Shown here one piece after another: positions 33,738-51,389 of a stretch of 64,000 bases of DNA (position 1 is its first letter; each line of letters starts with the position of its first letter). Below the pieces are notes generated by a model. That model did not search any database. It was given only the letters and a program-made list of their open reading frames with translations, and was not told the origin of the DNA. The DNA is from the human T2T-CHM13v2.0 reference genome, Homo sapiens, in assembly GCF_009914755.1 (NCBI RefSeq), contig NC_060926.1. The stretch is one strand, 5' to 3'. Made by a program: the position numbers and the translations under genes.

Positions 33738-34048
33738 TTACCCCAGAAATGTCTCCTAAATTTCAAGAATCTGTACCTCTGGAATAAGAACAACAGTGAG
33801 GTCCAAAACAGGATGATTTGTCTAAAAAAACAGACCAAAAGATCCCCTTCCTGAAATTGGCAGCAGGGAAAGAAAATAGACCCCCTACTATCCCCGCCAA
33901 AAAAACCTAGAAGAAACACGCATCACAGCAAGCTATTTTAATTTATTTTACAATTAAAACAGAAGATGAGGGAGAGTATTGCATCCCTGAAACATGAACA
34001 GCCTGCTACAAAAGGAAACATTAAAAGAGAACACAGCAATTGAAAAAC

Positions 34049-34108
34049 AGATATAGATATAGATATAGATATAGATATAGATATAGATATAGATATAGAT
34101 ATAGATAT
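34049..34108. repeat. (AGATAT)n hexanucleotide repeat, about 10 units
   Basis: Direct reading. Confidence 0.95.
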
Positions 34109-34418
34109 AAATAGATCATGAGAGCAGAAATTTAAAAATTCAGGTGAAGGGTTGTAACGTAGAGTTCAGGAAATCTCCCAGAAAGTGTTACAGAAAAATA
34201 AACAGCTGGAGAGTAATAGAGTAAAGGTTAAAAAAAAAAAAAAAAGACATGTAGGATTGATTTTCTGACAGATAGATAGAGTACAGAAAGAGAAAAAAGA
34301 GGGGAAAAAATGGAGGAGACAACGTTTTCAAAGGACACTTGATCTCTTCTCAGCCTTTTGGCTAAGATTGAATGCAAAGAAACACTTGAAGAAAAATTTT
34401 CAGAAATGAAGGATATAG

Positions 34419-34745
<327 letters not shown>

Positions 34746-35870
34746 CAAGACATGACATGAAAGCTACATGCTGGATTAAAACTGCTTACTGACTGTGTGC
34801 AAGCCAGTACAAATGTACCCACACTAAGGCAAATCAAGTGGAATTTAAGACCCCAAAAACAAACAAAAAAAAAGAGCTCCTATGAGCTTCCAGAAAGGAA
34901 AATGGATTTCAAAACCAAAAAATAAAGTATCTAAATGTTATGAGTTCTCAGTAGCCAACACTGGAAGCTAGGAAACAATAGAAAATGCCATCAAAATCCT
35001 GAGGGAGAAAGATTTCCTAACTAAAATTTTATACTCAGCCAAACTAGAAATCAAAGTCCACAGCAGAATTAAGGCATTTTCAGACAAGCAAGATCTCCCA
35101 ACTTTGCCCTTTTATTTACACTTTTTCCCAGGAAATATAATGAGGTAGTAAAGCATTAAAAAATATATGGGAAATAGAGGGCCCCAGAGAAAGAGAGAGG
35201 ATGGAGGAAAGAAAGTCTCAGGATATTGGTAAAGGAAGATCTCAAGACAGTATTCTGGCAACAAATTAAAAAATGCAACCTGACCTAATCTGAACAACTC
35301 AAAAAGCTGCAGGAGAGATTTATTCAAAGAGCTAATACTAATAGAATAGTTAATGAGTTAGAGTGTATAATGATGAAATTTAGATAATTCTGGGCAGTTT
35401 GAGGTTAAATTATAAGTATATTGAAAACCAAGCAAACAGACAAAGGAAACAAGACAATTGACAAGATGTTCTGGAAAAGCAATAATTTATACTTTATATG
35501 GCTCAGCTGGTGAATGGCCCTTATATAACCAACTATTCAGTGTAAACTCTGAATATTTATGGAACCAAAATTATGACAATAATTGTATTGTAGTTTGTGG
35601 GAGTAGAAAATGTGCACATGTCGGGTGAGGGGTTGGTGAAAGAAAGCTAAATTCATCTTCCGTAAAGGAAAGTCAAAAGATAATGCTGAATTGGAAAAAT
35701 TGAGAAATAGCAATACAAGTACATTGAATGTCAGTATAGAGGCAAATAACAAAATATCCAGCCACATGTGTTGAAATGATTGCCCTTGGAGAGGAAGGAT
35801 TAGGAGAAGGAGTTGTGGGGGATTTGAGTTATCCATACCATGCCTTGTAGAACAGTTTGACTCTTAAACC

Positions 35871-36633
35871 TGAAAGTGCCCTTGCAAAAATTCTCACAGT
35901 GAAAAAATTGTGACAGTGAAGGAGATATGACCTAAATAACTTCACCTTGTCTTTAGCCTCTAAACTGCCCTTGGCCATTTCTGAGCGTGGGCCAAGCTAA
36001 CTTTGAAAGAATTTACTTATAGTTTAAATAATAATAGCCCTCCCCAAAACTAAACTACCTTCATAATGCTAATAAAAAGCCACCAGGTAAACAAAACAAA
36101 ACAAAACAAAACAAAACAAGAAGGGCCTGTATTCTGCTAAGATGTAGGTATACTTAAATGATTAGCAGCATTATTATTCCAGAGGTCACAAGATTTGCAA
36201 TCTCCCCAATTACTCCTATAAATGATATCACTATTATAAAACCTAAGATTGGCCTTTTGAGATGTCTTTTCAGACTTTGGCGTTTCTGATGACTGGATGG
36301 CTCCACCTAGACCCAAGACTCATGACTCAAGGGTCCCGTGGCACCCACCCAGAAGTGGATTCAACACGTTAGGACCATTTTCCACACCCCCATGATCTCA
36401 TCCCCAGCCCCCTGCCTGCCAAACTATCTTTAAAAAACCCTAGCCTCCAAATTTTCAGAGAGGCTTTTTTATTTTTATTTTTATTTCATTTATTATTTTA
36501 GTAATAATAAAACTCCAGTCTTCCATTTAGCCAGCTCTATGTATGTTAAATGCTTTCTCTATTGCAATTCCCCTGTCTCGACAAATCGGCTCTCCCTGGG
36601 CAGTGGGCAAAATAAACCCACCGGGCAGTCACA
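35871..36633 (+). mobile_element. LTR8/LTR8B-like ERV1 solo LTR, AACC TSD
   Basis: TG...CA termini, AACC on both sides, start TGAAAGTGCCCTTGCAAAAATT...GACAGTGAA, AATAAAACTCCAGTC polyA region. Confidence 0.8.
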
Positions 36634-36896
36634 AACCAAGCCCATATATAACTCTGATGAAAATTAAAACTACATTTAAAAAAAATTGGTATTATTTTAC
36701 CAAGTTCTATCATTTACACTGAAACTCCTAACCAAATGATTGCACATACTTTAATGGATGTGAAAGTCCAACTTCAGTTTATTTGTTTGTAAAAGACAAC
36801 CAACTTAGCTCATGAAACATCATATAACTTTTAAAATATTTTAAAAACTATGCTTTCTTAGTGGCACTGCAAATATCAAAAGCAGCATAAATGCTA

Positions 36897-37112
<216 letters not shown>

Positions 37113-37204
37113 TTACATATACTCTCAGAGTAAACGTCTCTGTAGAAGAAATCAAGATTGGTACACACTTGCTTAGGTTATCGAATTTTTTAAAGGGAAA
37201 GAGA

Positions 37205-37660
37205 CGGAGCTGGAGGTCATTATGCTAAGTGAAATAAGCCAGACACAGAAAGAAATACTGCATGATCTCACTTATATGTGGAATCTGAAATAGTCAAACT
37301 CATAAAAGCAGAGAGTAGGATGGTGGTTCCCAGGGGCTGGGGGAAGAGAGGAATGGAGTGATGTTGGTCAAAGGGTACAAAGTCTTAGTCATGCAAGATA
37401 AATAAGTTCCAGAGATCTACTGTACAGCGTGAAAATGATAGTTAACAATACTATATCTTATATTTGAATTTTGCTAAGAGGCTAGATCTAAAATAAATCT
37501 TCTCACCACCCCCCACAAATGATAACTATGTAGACGTGACAAATAGGTTAATTAGCTGGAATGTGGTGATCATTGTACAATGTATACATATATCAGAACA
37601 TCAAGCTGTGTATCTTAAATATAAACAATTTTTATATGTCAGTGATATCTCCACAAAGCT
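37205..37660 (+). mobile_element. L1MA/MB 3' end fragment
   Basis: ATTATGCTAAGTGAAATAAGCCAG...GGTCAAAGGGTACAAAG...TTTGCTAAGAG. Confidence 0.8.
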
Positions 37661-38394
37661 ATTTCCTAATGCTCTAGATGACAGCTTTCAGAAGTAGAAA
37701 AAAAATAAGTGATGTATAAAGTTTGCTTTTCCACAGAACAGATTACTAGCCGTAAAGCAGGAGTTATAATAATTTGAATAAACTGCATTAAAAGAAAAAA
37801 CATAGCTCAAAAATAAAGACAATATCCCAGCCATTAAAATGTCTTGCCTCCTTTGAAATAAGCACACAGTGGAAAGAAATGGGTTTAGAGAATCAGATTT
37901 TCTTACCTTTTCCCCATTCTTTAGGATTATTGGGGAAGAAACATATTTGATTTAATTAAATGATTAGTTTTTCAATCTTTCTACCTTGATAACTTGGTAA
38001 AAATAATCCAAATAAACATATTAGCATACTTAGTGGGTAAAAATATAGACTCACATAATCATCTAGGTAGAACATAAAATATTGTACCTATCACAGCAGC
38101 CCAGGTTGATGGGGAAGGATGGAGGTACCAGATTTCAACTTGGCCTTTCCCTCTGTAGCAGGGGACCTTAAGCAGTTTATTTAACTTATTGAGCATTCTG
38201 TATATATACCTCCAGAGGCTTGTTATGAGGATTAAATAAAATAATCCATGTAAGAAGCTTAGTGTAACATCCAGCAAGAGCACATGCTCAGTGAATGTTC
38301 AGTGTGTTCAGATGAGGTCAAAACGAATAATGCAACAGCAGGAAATCCTGCTTCCCCTTGACATCCTGCTCCCCTTGCTGCTGTCTTTGGCTTA

Positions 38395-38720
<326 letters not shown>

Positions 38721-38809
38721 GATAGCCGGAAGCCTCTGTGAGAGTGACCACCTCTCACAGCTTTTTTCCTAAGCGTGTCTGGCTCCAGATCCTCTCTGTG
38801 GAAGACTGC

Positions 38810-39205
38810 ATTTTTGACAGATGGCCATCACGGGAGCTCTGTCCTACATCCTCTTGTTGAACTTTGACATTTCTCTATCAAAAGGTGGGTGTGTTGCCTC
38901 CCTCTGAATGAGGCCATTAGAAAAGATGATTCAGCTTCTGCCTTGTGAGCCAAAACACTTGAGACTGAAATTCTGAGCTACCATATAAGCAATGATAAGA
39001 AGCTACCATATTGTAAGGAAGCCTTAGTACAGAGCCCACCCAGGGAGGCTCCTGAGGCTACACAAGAGAAATCAGAGAGGTGTCCAGGCAGGCCCAGCCC
39101 TTCCTGAACTCTTAAACTGCAGAAAGAGTGAGAGGTACTGTACTGATTGCTATTGTTTCAAACCACTAGGTTTTAGGAAATTTTTTCCGCAAGAGATAAC
39201 TGAAA
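38810..39205 (+). mobile_element. MLT1-type LTR remnant
   Basis: CCATATTGTAAGGAAGCC...TTGTTTCAAACCACTAGGTTTTAGG...AGATAACTGAAAC. Confidence 0.55.
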
Positions 39206-41253
39206 CCCTGTCAGTAATCAGTAATGTAGCATGTTTATTAAATTAATGGCTGTCATTATTGTGTCCATATGTGCCGGGCTTCAGTAGACATACAAACATA
39301 TTCACTCCTCGAACAATCCTGCAAAGTTTATACCTTACAGATAAGGCACACAAAGTTTAGGCCAAATATCTGTAGTAATAATAGCTAATATATTGAATCT
39401 TTACTATACACTAGACTGCAGTCTAAAGGCTGTATACATATTATTTCTTTCAACCCCAAGGTCTTGTTTTACAGATAAGAAAACTGATGTACAGAGAGGT
39501 TTAATAAATGTCCAAGATCACACAGCTTGCAAGTAGGAGAAATTGGAACTTTTCTAGTTCATAGTGCAAATGCATTAAGTATTTCACTGTACCACATTAT
39601 ACTATATGGCTTTCACTAAATGCTAAGGTGGGATTTGATTACAAGTGTCTGACTCTGAAACTGTGCTTATCTCATGGTAAATACTGTAGATAATTACCAA
39701 ATTATCTACAAGATATTCTATACGTTGTATATATAGTAAATACCATAGATATTAACAATAATATCTATCATATCTACAAATTATATATACAAGTATATAA
39801 TAGGACTAGATACACTCCTGTGCTTAGAACAAAATGAAAATGAGCTCCTGTGGATTTGGCTGCCATCTTGTCTTCATGCCATTTCTAAGACCTGATGTGG
39901 ACTCAATACAATCAGTCATTGGATGAACCTGGGTGCTGCCTGCTGCCTTGTCCCATTGCCAAGAAGAATGCTTAACCACCTGCCAACAGGGAGAATGGGC
40001 TACAGTGTGTGGCATCTTGCAGTATTGTCCACCCAACTGTAGAGCATGAAGTCAATAGAGTAAGTTGTGACAGCATTAAATTTTTTTTATTATAAAAGAA
40101 ATGAATGGGATAGAAGAGTGTGTCACATACCGAAAATGTATACTTCTGTGTATTTTTGTCTGAATCACCTGTACATATGGATACATACATGTTTGTGTAA
40201 TATAAATGTATATGTTTTTCATATAAATGTAAAATCAAATGCATTTCTTACTATGGGTCATAGTCAAGATTTGAAAGCTATTGGGTTAATTTATTTTTTA
40301 AAACCTTGTGAATTAAGAGGTTTCCTGGGTTTGAATCCACTAGAGACACTTGTTACTTACTATTAGATCTTCATTTTAATATGCTGGAGACACTATTCTA
40401 TTACAAACAAGCCTGATTGGAGAATTCTAAGACCAGAGTCCAGTGCTTTCTGACCAACGGAATACTCTATATTATTTATATACTCCTGGGTCAGTTAGGC
40501 CAAGGCTGTGCTATCTAAAGGTTAAGTGAACTAGACAAAGCTTTTCCACCTTTGTGGTTATTGAATCCTGCAAACTGAAAGCTAGATTCATGGAAGATTA
40601 AACAAGAGTTTTGTAGTTAGCAGTTGAATATCTCAGAAAATTTCTCACTTCTTCTCAGTAAATATAACAAGAGACACAGGCTGGGTAAAACTACGTTTAC
40701 TCAAGACTTTTCTCCTCACAGGTTTAATCAGTTCTCCTGGGTTCACAGACTGCAAATACCCTCTAAACTTCAATTCCTAATCTTACTAGGAATATTAACC
40801 AGCGCAGCACCTGAAGGAGTTCAAAGTCCTTATGCCAACAGGACTCTTTCCCAGGCTTTTTACCAAATGCCACTGTGGCCCATCATTTTCTTATTTTTGT
40901 TTTTGACGCGAGGGAAGAAGACTTTTTTAAAGTAATTATGAATGAAAGTTTTTTTAATCATAATTTTTACTTCCACCTTTCATGCAGGAGATTTAAGCAA
41001 GGGATTAGGTGAATGTACTAAATTTTACAAGTAGATGTCAACAGGGAGAGCCTTCCAGCAGGGTGGGAAAACATGGGGAAACACTAATCCTAGCAGTGGT
41101 TTCCAAGCCTTATCTGCATGCGATAACTTTGTGGGAGGCCTGTTGTTATACATACATATTCCTTACAACACCCCTATGATATTGATTGAATGTTCTGGGG
41201 TGCAGCTGAGAAACCTGTATTCCTCCCAAGTAAGTGATTAATTGGTTTGAGTT

Positions 41254-41430
41254 CAGTGGTTCTTAACCTTGGCTATATGTTACAGACACAGGAGCGCTTC
41301 TACAGTATCAGATCCCCAGGCCCATCTCCCAAGAGTCTAACATTCTTGGTCTGGGGTGTGCACAGGCATCGGTATTATTTTACACAATCCTAAGGTGATT
41401 CCAATATCAGCTACAGTTGAAAGCTACTGG
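41254..41430. mobile_element. MER5-like MITE
   Basis: CAGTGGTTCTTAACCTTGG...GGTCTGGGGTG...AGGTGATTCCAAT...GTTGAAAGCTACTG. Confidence 0.6.
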
Positions 41431-41491
41431 TGCTGATGATGATGCAGGAAATCTGACCTGTAAAAGCCAGGGCACATCAGGGCATCCGTAC

Positions 41492-41596
41492 CTGCACAGG
41501 CTTCCCCTGGTCTGCCCAAGAGACCTGGGGGACCAGGTGGTCCAACATCCCCTGTTTCTCCATAGCGGCCAGGGAACCCTGGGTCCCCTGGTGGGC
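41492..41596 (-). CDS. COL4A4: COL4A4 exon 19 (105 bp), [16 protein letters not shown]...GEACA
   Basis: ggcag|GC acceptor; CAG|gtacgg donor. Confidence 0.96.
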
Positions 41597-41861
41597 CTGC
41601 CAAAGATAATGGTACATGAGAATAAACAAATGGTATGTGCATTTTAAAATTAAGACAACAATTACTTTTTGTGAGACTCAGTAAAGTATAATTAGGAGAC
41701 ATTTTTGCAGTTTCTCATTACATTTAAAACGAAATATCTTAAATGTGAACCGCCTTGGCTGTGCCTCTTCCTCAGACACGTGAACTTTGAATGGGGTTCT
41801 TTGTCACTGATTTAGGCTACTCCTTTTGGTGGCAGCATCTTGATAGGTGTTAGTCAAATAG

Positions 41862-42164
<303 letters not shown>

Positions 42165-42391
42165 AGTAAAATAGTTTCATACAATTTTTAGCGATTAAAA
42201 ATAGACTTTCTGAAAGATAACAATAAAAATCCCAGCATACAGTATATGTACTGAAAAAAACCTCATGCACATGTATAATTATACACTCATGCTACAGTTC
42301 GTGCATTCAGCCTGCCTAGTGTGCAAGCTATGGAAATACTGGGCCAGACTCTTCTGTCCTGGCCACTCAACTCCTATTTCTGCATAATTTA

Positions 42392-42493
<102 letters not shown>

Positions 42494-43207
42494 TCATTCA
42501 TTCATTCACTTTTTAAAGGAATATTAATTTTACTCATGTTGCCTGGCATTAAACCAGTATTAGAACGATCATGTGCACATTCATATAAGAAGCAGAGATT
42601 ATAGGCTGACTAGAGAAATGAAGCATCCATGGAGTCTTAGGAGCAGCAAAGATGCATCTAATCTCTTATCTACAAGTAGTGGAAGTAAATAGCAAGTCAC
42701 AAAGCTTCTACAAAGGAAAAGAAATTTAACTCCAGTGAAATTATTCTATGCCTATAAATTGGATACCTCTGATGTCACCAAGTTTCTTAGATATACCATG
42801 AGCATTAATGTCTAACTTGGCATCGATGACAAATAGTTTATTCACCTAACAAGGTCCGAATCTACATTTTATTTTAGCAACAAATAGCGTCCCTCTAAAT
42901 TGTGTTCCTTTAATGCCACCATGGCTTTAAGGGAACACAATTCCCTTGCACATGCTGAGCAAGTGCCAGATGAGGTCACAAAAGTTAAAAAGGAAAGAAA
43001 AAATGCAGTGGTGTTAAAAGCAGAAAACTCTCTAAGATGCCCTCTGTTTCTAATCTCAATGAGCCTATGAATTTTTTTAAACTCTCATGATTATTCACCT
43101 TCAAAAGGATCACTTCTCAAATGTAGAACATAATAATGCTTAATATGACACTGATATGATAATATGATAATCATGCATAATAACACACAGCATGCATTAA
43201 AGTACTA

Positions 43208-43477
43208 TACAGTCAGCACTCTTATAAAAAATATTTTAAAAAAAATAACAATCCAATGATAAAAATAATAAAACAATAGAATATGACAACTGTTTACATA
43301 GCATTTACATTGTATTAGAGATTATAAGTAACCTAGAGATGATTTAAAATATAAGATATGGCGTGTGTAAGTATTATGCAAATACTACATCATTTTACAT
43401 CAGGGACTTGAGCATCTGAGGGTTTTGGTAGCCTAGGGGTTCTGAAACTAATCTCCCACAGATAACAAGGGACAACT
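43208..43477. mobile_element. MER2-like Tigger-derived element
   Basis: TTTACATAGCATTTACATTGTATTAG...GGGACTTGAGCATC...GGGACAAC. Confidence 0.7.
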
Positions 43478-44160
<683 letters not shown>

Positions 44161-44301
44161 ACAATTGAATAAAAAATTAACTGTATCTCTTCTAAAAATT
44201 ACATTCTTGAATGATTCCTGGCAATACTTTTAAAAATAAATTAGATAATATTAAGGATATAAACTTTTATCAGGATATATTAAAATAGGCTCACTTTTTA
44301 C

Positions 44302-44355
44302 CTTTGGGCCAATTAATCCAAATAGCCCAGGATCTCCAACCAGTCCTAGTTCTCC
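44302..44355 (-). CDS. COL4A4: COL4A4 exon 17 (54 bp), GELGLVGDPGLFGLIGPK
   Basis: ttgtag|GGA acceptor; AAG|gtaaaa donor. Confidence 0.95.
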
Positions 44356-44663
44356 CTACAAACAAGCACAAACATGCCTTAAAAAAAAAAAAGTGACTGG
44401 GTGACAAATTATCTCATTCTCATTTAATTTAAGCAACACATTGCCCACTGAGACCATGCAAAGTCTTAACACTGTTCATCAGTTGCATCAGACAATCTTG
44501 TGCTTCAATTTTTGCACCCACAGCTAAATCCTGCAATCCATAAAATGAATGTGTCTGCCTTCCTAATTACTGTGTTTGCACGCAACAGTACAACTTCTGA
44601 ATTATACTAAATTGCATTTACTAATGAAATGTATTTATTATCTCTATAATGAGGTACATTTAC

Positions 44664-44708
44664 CTTTAATCCTGGAAAACCTGGAGATCCATAGGAACCA
44701 GGATCCCC
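44664..44708 (-). CDS. COL4A4: COL4A4 exon 16 (45 bp), GDPGSYGSPGFPGLK
   Basis: attag|GGG acceptor; AAG|gtaaat donor. Confidence 0.95.
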
Positions 44709-45569
44709 CTAATAAATTCACAAAAATCAGGATAAACAGAATTAAATCAGAATGCATTAACCAGCTCAGTGCATCATTTTTCACCTTATCAAATTGTTCC
44801 ATGGATATTTGGTCCTGTTTGCAAAGCTAGCTGAATAAAAGGAAATAAATATAAAATAGATTCCATTTCTTTATAACATTTGCTACTTGAAGTGATCCTC
44901 AGTCTTATTCAAAAAATCCATGTCATTGCCAGTGTTTTAATTAAGAATGTATTTTTGTTGTCGTTGCTTTTCCAAATTTAATTTACTTAACTTAGTGCTT
45001 GCACTGGGCCAAATATCTTTAAAATCTCTGCAATATAATTTGCCTGGAAATTAATAGTTGCTCTGTGCATCATTAGCAATAAAAATGACCATGGAAACCA
45101 ATATTGCCCCATTCAGTACTAAATCTAGAACCAAATAAACTCAATGCCCATGCCAGCTGCGGTCTGGCCTCCATGGTGACTCTATGAATGGGCTTTCTAT
45201 TAGTGACATGTGGTGATGTTTGGAGCTTAATATTGTACTTTTTTTCTAGCTCCTGCCCCTATATCACCATGTTGTTTCCTCAAATAGACTTAAATTAACT
45301 ATTCCAAGCTACTTTCCTACTGGCACTGAGGTGCCAGACAAGAGATGCCACAATCCTGTCACTTTTCCCAAATTCTTCTATCTTTTGCTTGCCTGTTTTA
45401 TCTAAATGATGTGAATGGAAGGATGCTCTGGGATATTTAGATATTCCATAATTCTCGTCCAAAATGTTTTGTTCTTACATGAGCTATTCTTCACTTTTGA
45501 GCTTGTGGGACTACTGACCTGGTTTTATAAAAACATGAAAGAGAAATATCTCCAAATTCACTGATGTTA

Positions 45570-45743
<174 letters not shown>

Positions 45744-45918
45744 TTAAAGAAAACAACTACTTTAGAATAGAAGCTCTATAGTATTATGATAAGATAGTGA
45801 AAAATTCTGGTAATATATATTAGCACTTAAAGCAATGATAAAGACCATGAGAAATAACATTTTAAGTTAAGATAGTACATCACACAAATGAAAAAAAAAA
45901 GGTACTTAAATAAACTAC

Positions 45919-45972
45919 CTTGCGTCCTGGTGGTCCTGGCAGTCCAACCATTCCAGGAATTCCTTTTATACC
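45919..45972 (-). CDS. COL4A4: COL4A4 exon 14 (54 bp), GIKGIPGMVGLPGPPGRK
   Basis: tttag|GGT acceptor; AAG|gtagtt donor. Confidence 0.96.
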
Positions 45973-46713
45973 CTAAAAATTACAATGAATATAATTTGGT
46001 CTATTCTTATTATTTAACATACTGAATTCCATCTCCTTCAGAAATCATCTCTTTTTACAATCTGTTTCACCTTAAAAAAAAAAATCTTAAGAGATTACTC
46101 TTCACCTGTTCTAATTAGCACACTTATAAACCAGATACTATTTGAGCCAGTTCTCTATGTGAGAGGTATATGGGATACCACAGTGGACCACGGAACCAGG
46201 CAGCAGATACAATTTGGGAATGCAGCCATTGAAAAAGTGGCTTATTTTGAGCAAAGTAAAGAAATTTAACCCAGCAATGGAAAAGCAACAATAGAATCTG
46301 CATGTGGCACCAATAATACCAGCACTGGTAGCTGACAGAGGAATTAATATTTGCCAAGAATCTATTACGGCCCAGTTCTATGCATTTGTTACCTTCTCAA
46401 TTATCAAGACATCAAACTCATCTGTAACATCTAAAGGACAACTGGGCTTCCGGTGGTCTTTTCAATCCACACGTCAAAACAACATTAACAAGCACATGTC
46501 ATAATTTAGCAGCCTGAGCTAGGTCTGCCACTCAGCAGCTGGGTAAACTTGAGAACACTGGGAACCTTCCAAGCCTCATTTTCAATGCCGCACGATGGGG
46601 CCAACAGTAGTCCCAACTTATTAAAGTAGGTTTGAAACTAGTGCAGTGATGCATAGAAAGACCTCTATACTTTGCTGCCACAGATCCATGTCAAAAAATA
46701 TTTTCTACTGCTA

Positions 46714-46857
<144 letters not shown>

Positions 46858-47063
46858 TCATATTAATTTATGTTTTGAAGGTTTTCACCCATGTATTGTG
46901 GTATAATGCTTCCAATCCTATGTGTCATGGATTTAAAATACAAGTTGTGGCAAGTACATCATAGAATATAAAAGGATATTTATTTTCTTATAAAAATTTA
47001 ATACACACTTATTGTTAAAAATAAATTTAAAAAATGAAAATGATTCTTAATGCTACTATCCAG

Positions 47064-47711
<648 letters not shown>

Positions 47712-47940
47712 TATTAAAACTTTGATATAATTTTTGGTGGTGTGTGTACATATGTGTATATATGTACATATATGTGTATATAGGTGAATAAACAATTTGT
47801 TTTATGTTTATGAAAATATAATCAGAATACTATAATAAATATATAAACATGATTTAAAATATACAGCATATATTATTAAATTTTTTAATAATTTTATATT
47901 TTTCTTACAATATTTTGTGAGCCTTTTTCTATTATACTAA

Positions 47941-48216
<276 letters not shown>

Positions 48217-49326
48217 TAGTGCCAATAAATAATCTATCACAAGAATGTACTGTGATGTATTAAGCCATCTCACTCTGGTTAGATTAGATTATTTCTATTT
48301 ATTTTCAATAATATTTTAAAACTGTAAAATAATAGCCAAAATTTTTATTTATGCCATGATAGATGTTTTTCTACTGAAGAAAAGAATGTTTCTTGAATGA
48401 ATTTTGCCACAATCATAAATTCTCACCATTAATTAGAAAATAAATATTTTGTGCTTTTCTGGGTATTACTATTATTCTACACTTAGTATGATCTTTCTTT
48501 TTGTCATAGTTAAAAACAGGCTATACATAGGTCACCCATGTTTGCAAACCAGGCCCTTACTGGCTCTGTCACTTGGGGCAAGTTCCTTAAAACCTCTCTC
48601 AGTCCTCATTTCCTTACTTCCTTGAAACCTCATTTTTCTTCTCTGTGAAATGGAGATTGTAATATTACCTACCTCAAACTATTCTTCCATTGAATAGATA
48701 ATATACATAAAATGCTTCCCGTGTTGAGGGTAACAAAGTAAATTCCCCAATATATCATTACTAAAACTACTAATGCTTTTGATAGGTGGAATTTTTAGAA
48801 GAATATCAAGTTTAAATAGAAAAAAAAAAAAAGAGTTCAATTTCTACCTAAACCTGGGAAATTGAAGAAAAGCCAGATTAGAAACATTGTCTGTTTTGTT
48901 TTTTTTTTCCTTGATTTATCTACACACCTAACACAGTGTTGGTGTAGCACCTGCCCTAAAGATATCTGCTGCGTGAATAAACCATTGAACAAGCACATTA
49001 ACAAAACATGAGTAAAAGCATAGCATGTATTGGTAAAGATAGCCACTCTTATTCTTGTAATTGAGATAAACCTGAACAAAACCCTTAAAAGCTGACAAGC
49101 AGCCGGCTTCTTCAAAATATTGGTCATACTGCTATTTTTTTCATATTGTAAAAGTACCATATACTCAGCATAGTCAAAAGTACAAAGAAGGAAAACTATG
49201 AAGAATTAAAATGTAAAAGGTCCATAATTATATCATGTAGGCATAAATAGCAACCATTTAGGGCAGTGTTTCTTAAAATGAGGTGGGCAAACATGCTCTA
49301 GAACATCTGAGAATTCTGCATCAATA

Positions 49327-49686
<360 letters not shown>

Positions 49687-49934
49687 TAAGCACATTTGAG
49701 ATCATTTGAATGGCCACCTCATAGCCAAATACTTCCAAGTTATTCCACAGCCTGAGTTTGCAAATGTGTCTGATTGGACTGGCGCGGAAAGTCACTAAGA
49801 TGCCAATGCTTGCTGGATTCTGCAATGGCACACGGGCTCCTGTGGCTTCGACGAACATATTCCAGAGCTCCATGGCTTCCCAAACTTGAAAAACATTGTT
49901 TTGGTATATTTTCATTCAGTCATTTCTACAAGCC

Positions 49935-50153
49935 AGAGATCTCAAGGTTGGGGGAAGGGGAAAGTAGTTAGGCAACCCCTTCCCACAGGGACATTTGGCA
50001 ATGTTTTGATACATTTTAAGTTGTCACAATTGGAGGGACGGGATGCTACTGACATCTAGTGGGGAGAGGCCAGGGATGTGGCTAAACATCCTGTAATTCA
50101 CAGGACAGCCTCCACAACAATGAAATAGCAGCAGCCTGAGGTTGAGAAATCCC
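49935..50153. mobile_element. MER20 hAT-Charlie element
   Basis: GGGACATTTGGCAATG...GAGGCCAGGGATG..GCTAAACATCCT...GGTTGAGAAA. Confidence 0.8.
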
Positions 50154-50456
50154 TCTCTGTGTATATTTTAATGTCTTTCTTGTTGCTGTTGCTTTTACAA
50201 AGTTGAGTTTATATTTTTGTAACCTGTACTTTCTGTTCAGCATTATATCACAGGCACTTCCCCACATCATGAAGTCGTTATATATATTTTTGACTCCTGT
50301 GCCGTTCTGTTAAATGACTGTACCATGACTTACTCAATCACGCTGGAACTCCATGAGAGCAGGGATCAGGTCTGTCTTGCTAAATCCCCACACCCAGTGT
50401 CAGTCCTAGCTTGGCATGGAGCAGATGCTTAATATTGACTTGCCCTCAGTTGTTGA

Positions 50457-50824
<368 letters not shown>

Positions 50825-51347
50825 TAAATCACTTTTCTAAAGCTTATTCTTACTAAGTTTTACATGTCGGCCAAAAGGACAGTGGGTGTGAGTGGCAGGG
50901 GGAGGAGACGGGGAGGACAGGCATAGAAAAGGAGTGGGTTGGAGATTGTGTATTGCTCAGTGCTCTTGGTTCCAGTCATTTATATTTGTATTTATATGCA
51001 TATTTAAGGGTGGAGTTTAGGATTTATGTGAAATTAAGCAAAACAAATCCGTGATTTGACAAAGCTGTTACTCTGGACATAATATATTGTCAAAAATGTT
51101 CAATCTGTTTGCTAGGGTGAAATGTGTTGCACAAATTAACCCGAATGTAGTGTTAAATTGTGTCAGATCTTTCATTTTACAGTCAAGGGTAATGGTGCCA
51201 TAATAATTCGGCAAAGAAAAGTTCTCAGCCATAAAATTGGGCAGTGACTAGATAATGAGTACAAGTTCAAATAATCAGAACAGCCTCCACCCCTGAGCAG
51301 CACACACACGTCACCATCTGCTCCTCAGAGCAAGAGGGAATTCTTAC

Positions 51348-51389
51348 CGGGTCTCCCATTTGCCCCTTTACTCCCACACCGGGATTTCC
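51348..51389 (-). CDS. COL4A4: COL4A4 exon 12 (42 bp), GNPGVGVKGQMGDP
   Basis: tctcag|GGA acceptor; CCG|gtaaga donor. Confidence 0.95.
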
